Source: Fibrobacteria bacterium (lineage in GTDB: Bacteria > Fibrobacterota > Fibrobacteria > UBA11236 > JADFYW01). From it: a DNA stretch of 32,000 bases. The translations under genes and the position numbers were made by a program. Shown piece after piece: positions 28,524 through 32,000 of the stretch. The DNA lies in assembly GCA_050294405.1 (NCBI GenBank), contig JBNKOC010000032.1, positions 61,677 through 93,676 on the forward strand. Direction: 5' to 3'. The notes beneath the pieces are model-generated. The model saw nothing but the letters and a program-made list of their open reading frames with translations, made no database searches and was not told where the DNA came from. Positions within the stretch are counted from its first letter, which is position 1; each line of letters opens with the position of its first letter.

Positions 28524-28576
28524 TTAAGGTTTAACATATCCATATTAATTTTTTATTCATTTTTAATTTTGATTTA

Positions 28577-31500
28577 TTAAAATGATGGATATCCCCATAT
28601 CTTTACATTGATATTGGTATTTTGAACTGGGTTAATATTGAACCTATACCAAAAATATTCTTCACCAGTTTGGGCTCTCATATCAAATTTAAGAATGTAA
28701 GGACCCTCGGTAGTATAACATTTATCGCATGACACTTGGTTGAGATCGGATTGTTTAAAATCCCAATGGACAGTTCCCGTATATTTAGGAGGAAATCCAG
28801 AAGGACCAGTAAATATTCCATTTTGAATAGGGATAAATGCGAATCCAAATGACCCGTTAGTATTAATATTGATCCACTCCACATTCGGATGTGGATTACA
28901 CCCATTTGCTCCTCCATCAAGTGTAGTCTTTTCACCACCAGAGCCTCCTACATTTGAAAAACGTAAATGGGCAGCCTGCTCGCAATTAGTAGTAAAAGGG
29001 TAATCAAGATATACACCTGTGCTACTATGTATAAAAGGCACATCAGTGAAATTAAAATCAATTGAAATATTCGCTACGTGGTCCGAAATGGCCGCCATTA
29101 TAGCAGAAAAATCAAATTGGCAAACACTCTCGTCCATATCTGGTTCGCAATTGTAATCACCCGAACCAAGAAGCATCAATCTTCTTGAATGAACAACAAA
29201 ATATAGTTCTATATTTGTTCCGATAATTTCATATGGAATTAAGGTGTAACTAGTTCCATCCACATTATCTGCAACAACACACACTTCTTTAGTCGTATTG
29301 TTCACGGTAAAATGACCTGGATTGCTTGGAGTTAACAAATTAAAGTCTGTAAAAGGTTCACCGGCATAACTTGGCTCTATTGTTTCGCAATACGAATTAG
29401 TTCCATCCCAAACAAATTGTAAATCCGGAAATTCTATATGCATTTTTGTTCCCATCTCTACATATTGTTTTCCTAAAATTTTATTCCCTCTTTTATTATA
29501 ACTAGCTACCAACCTTCCAAACTCATCGAATTCATTTTTTGCAACATAGTTATTAACATCAACAGTTTCTGTCAAAAGGCCTAAATTCCTATCATAGATA
29601 TAATTTTCCATTTCGGCGTTCTTCGGGTAAGCACGTACTCCATCATAATAAATATTTCCATCTATAAAATTTCCTCCTTCAACTTTTGGAGGACGCAAAA
29701 CTACTCTGAATTGTTTTGTTATCCCAGAGGGGATGTTTGCCTCAAATCTATACTTATTCCATTCATTTGTGACGGTAAAATAATTCATTCCATACCAGGT
29801 GTTTCCAGCATCCATAGTTTGTAAATGAGCAAATGTTGTGGTACTCGGCGCATCTGATTTTGCCCAAAACTCAAAGACGAAAGTTTTGGAATTAGCCAAA
29901 TTAAAATTGTCTATGGGTGTAGGACTAGTAACAAAATAGGGATCTGCTGCAGTACCCCTATCAATTCTCAACGAAATTTTTCCTGAATGAAACTCGTTTG
30001 CAATGCAGTTTATGTCAGCATCAGGATTCGCTCCTGGAGGTACGGACCCATCTGCACAGTCCTCAAAACTGTTAAATAGGGCTTCTCCATATTGGCCATT
30101 AGAAATTGCTGCAATCTTGTAAATACCTTCATCATCATAAATATTAGACTGATAAGACCGGATAACATGACCATCCAAAAGCTGGCTGGCTTCCAATACA
30201 TTTCCAAAATTGTCATATCGAGTAATAGCACTCTGTAATTGCCAATTTGAATTAGTAGTAGCAATTGTTTGTAAATCACAATTTGAATTAGTAGGGTTTT
30301 GACAATAAACAAAAGGCGCAAAACTATTTATTGCCTTACCAGACTGATCCATATCACTTTTCCAATTAAAAATTGCCTCGGGTCTGTAAACACCATTGTT
30401 ATTAAAGGATTTCCAAGTCTGGGCGGAGGCGGATATAACTTTATCCGTAGAAAATGGCGAACTAACATTAATTTGACTGCTGTGAACAGTAATTGAAGAA
30501 GTCATGTTCTTAAAAACCACAGAAATGTCAAAAGGTTCCTGCCAACCTTCTTCTTTTATTAAATGCCGAATAGTAATCACATTAGGATTGTCCGTAGAAG
30601 AAAAAGCTTGGTTTTTTACAGGAATTTCCACACTAGAAAGAGTTGTATAATCAAAGGAGAGAAACAAGTTTCCAAATGTAACCCCACCCAATCCTGAATA
30701 ATTTATTGTAATTAAAATTTCATCGCTTTCTTCTAAATCTAGGGGAGATGAGGGATTTAGTTGGTATTCATCGATTGGAGTAGAAATTGTTTTAGAGGTC
30801 GAGTTAACAATAATAGCCGATTTATCGTCAGGATTTGAATATTCGTAGATGATAGTTCCTGAACTTTGATTCACCATATTTTTTTCTTCAGTAATGCTGG
30901 GATACGCCTCGGAAATTGTAACCTGCCTTGTTATTATTTCTTTCCCGTCACTATTTTGTACAACTGAATAATCAGGAACTCCATCGAAATCTGAATAACG
31001 TTGATTTTCAATTTCCTCAACTAAATACATACTGAGATCGAAACCTACGTTAAAGGCCTCCGCAGGTTTTTTTGTATGGGCTAACAAAAATTGGTCGCGC
31101 GAGGGCAGCCAGGCACCTCGGACTAACTGATAGCCATTATTCCAAAAATAACGAGCGTCAGAACCTTGATAGCTCGAGGGTAAGTAATTTTGAATTACAT
31201 CAGAATAGCCAGAGCTATAATTGAAATTTTTATAAACTACCTTTGAAACTTGTAGTTTATTTGAAGTTTGAATTAATACTAGATCATTTTCATTTCCATC
31301 ACCATCCATATCAATCAGCGAACCTGTTGACATGGGGAGTAAATTCAAATTACTCAAAAATATTGTATTGGCCGGGTTGAGTAAATAATTTGAAGAAACT
31401 GCAAGCGGAATATCTTCAAATAAAACACCCGTTTCGCTGGTTTTAAACTCTCTTGAGGACCGGAAGGCTGTGCCATAAATTAAAACATCAAGTGCATTTC

Positions 31501-32000
31501 CAGAACCAGAAATTTTTGAACTAATAACCGACCCCGCATTAAACAATCTATCTATTTTTCTTACGTGTGAATACACCTTCATTGGATCTTGGTCATAGAT
31601 AATTGTATAACCAGCGTAAGAGTCATACTCAGCATCCACATAGGCTTGTGCTTCTCCTGACCACGAAAAAATTATATCGGGAATAGCATTGTCATCCAAG
31701 TTCATCACTTTTATTTGAAGTGGTTGAAAATTGGTGATATCATTGTAATAATCAGGTGGCGGCATAACGCAATCTCCGCCGGTTGTATTGCTACAATCTC
31801 GATTAATTAGCTCATCTTTAAATAGTATGCTGTAAGGATGAAGAGTATTCCACTGAGAAACGACTCCAGGACTTGATGAGAAGTCAACATTTTCGGCAAC
31901 ATATATTCTCAAGCCATCATAATTTCCATATTCAGCACTATATTTCCTGTTTAAAACTTCTAAGTAAATTAAATCTGGTAAAGTAGGATCTCCGTCTAAA
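28577..32000 (-). CDS. Large secreted Rhs/YD-repeat-associated protein (N-terminus off window)
   Basis: Frame stays open past the track start 31912 to the window edge (LDGDPTLPDLIYLEVLNRKYSAEYGNYDGLRIYVAENV...). Carbohydrate-binding-like region (GEALFNSFEDCADGS...), YDRNLGLLTETVDVNNYVAKNEFDEFGRLVASYNKRG is YD-repeat-like. Confidence 0.7.
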   Translation of the reverse strand, partial: LDGDPTLPDLIYLEVLNRKYSAEYGNYDGLRIYVAENVDFSSSPGVVSQWNTLHPYSILFKDELINRDCSNTTGGDCVMPPPDYYNDITNFQPLQIKVMNLDDNAIPDIIFSWSGEAQAYVDAEYDSYAGYTIIYDQDPMKVYSHVRKIDRLFNAGSVISSKISGSGNALDVLIYGTAFRSSREFKTSETGVLFEDIPLAVSSNYLLNPANTIFLSNLNLLPMSTGSLIDMDGDGNENDLVLIQTSNKLQVSKVVYKNFNYSSGYSDVIQNYLPSSYQGSDARYFWNNGYQLVRGAWLPSRDQFLLAHTKKPAEAFNVGFDLSMYLVEEIENQRYSDFDGVPDYSVVQNSDGKEIITRQVTISEAYPSITEEKNMVNQSSGTIIYEYSNPDDKSAIIVNSTSKTISTPIDEYQLNPSSPLDLEESDEILITINYSGLGGVTFGNLFLSFDYTTLSSVEIPVKNQAFSSTDNPNVITIRHLIKEEGWQEPFDISVVFKNMTSSITVHSSQINVSSPFSTDKVISASAQTWKSFNNNGVYRPEAIFNWKSDMDQSGKAINSFAPFVYCQNPTNSNCDLQTIATTNSNWQLQSAITRYDNFGNVLEASQLLDGHVIRSYQSNIYDDEGIYKIAAISNGQYGEALFNSFEDCADGSVPPGANPDADINCIANEFHSGKISLRIDRGTAADPYFVTSPTPIDNFNLANSKTFVFEFWAKSDAPSTTTFAHLQTMDAGNTWYGMNYFTVTNEWNKYRFEANIPSGITKQFRVVLRPPKVEGGNFIDGNIYYDGVRAYPKNAEMENYIYDRNLGLLTETVDVNNYVAKNEFDEFGRLVASYNKRGNKILGKQYVEMGTKMHIEFPDLQFVWDGTNSYCETIEPSYAGEPFTDFNLLTPSNPGHFTVNNTTKEVCVVADNVDGTSYTLIPYEIIGTNIELYFVVHSRRLMLLGSGDYNCEPDMDESVCQFDFSAIMAAISDHVANISIDFNFTDVPFIHSSTGVYLDYPFTTNCEQAAHLRFSNVGGSGGEKTTLDGGANGCNPHPNVEWININTNGSFGFAFIPIQNGIFTGPSGFPPKYTGTVHWDFKQSDLNQVSCDKCYTTEGPYILKFDMRAQTGEEYFWYRFNINPVQNTNINVKIWGYPSF

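Noticed and set aside
28678-30496. Small ORFs inside the large Rhs-associated gene
   Set aside because: Out-of-frame to a long, coherent secreted-protein ORF; no independent support.
1-32000. CRISPR arrays, tRNA or rRNA genes, intact IS elements
   Set aside because: No regularly spaced repeats, no cloverleaf or rRNA-like sequence and no transposase ORF identified by reading; a software scan (CRISPRCasFinder, tRNAscan-SE, ISfinder) would be decisive.

Overview
This is a 32 kb window from a Bacteroidota-like genome (T9SS-type C-terminal tails, TAnnTTTG-like promoter elements). The left two thirds is mostly housekeeping: gltBD, YqgE/AlgH, a family-2 glycosyltransferase, a TrmH/SpoU methyltransferase, a DEAD-box helicase, methionine aminopeptidase, secreted/lipoproteins, a sigma54 response regulator, obgE and trpS. 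The accessory region starts at about 22.3 kb. It holds (i) a retron-type module on the minus strand. The RT carries the retron hallmarks NAxxH (NAKYH), YVDD and VTG and lies downstream of an XRE-HTH gene. Upstream of these is an unannotated 46-aa hydrophobic/cationic small ORF with a strong SD, preceded by about 290 nt of consecutive stem-loops that look like an msr-msd ncRNA. (ii) Divergently from it, on the plus strand, a GC-richer ORF-poor block (about 24165-24590) folds on paper into four nested long-range helices and looks like a second structured RNA. (iii) A T9SS-type leucine-rich-repeat protein. (iv) A compact Rhs-core ORF with its own signal peptide, a 213-aa C-terminal candidate toxin domain and an adjacent membrane protein (candidate immunity), downstream of a large partial secreted protein with a YD-repeat-like stretch. 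The candidate for an undescribed system is the retron, small hydrophobic ORF, HTH and divergent structured RNA at 22.3-24.6 kb. All RNA structures were found by eye and need folding and covariation tests.
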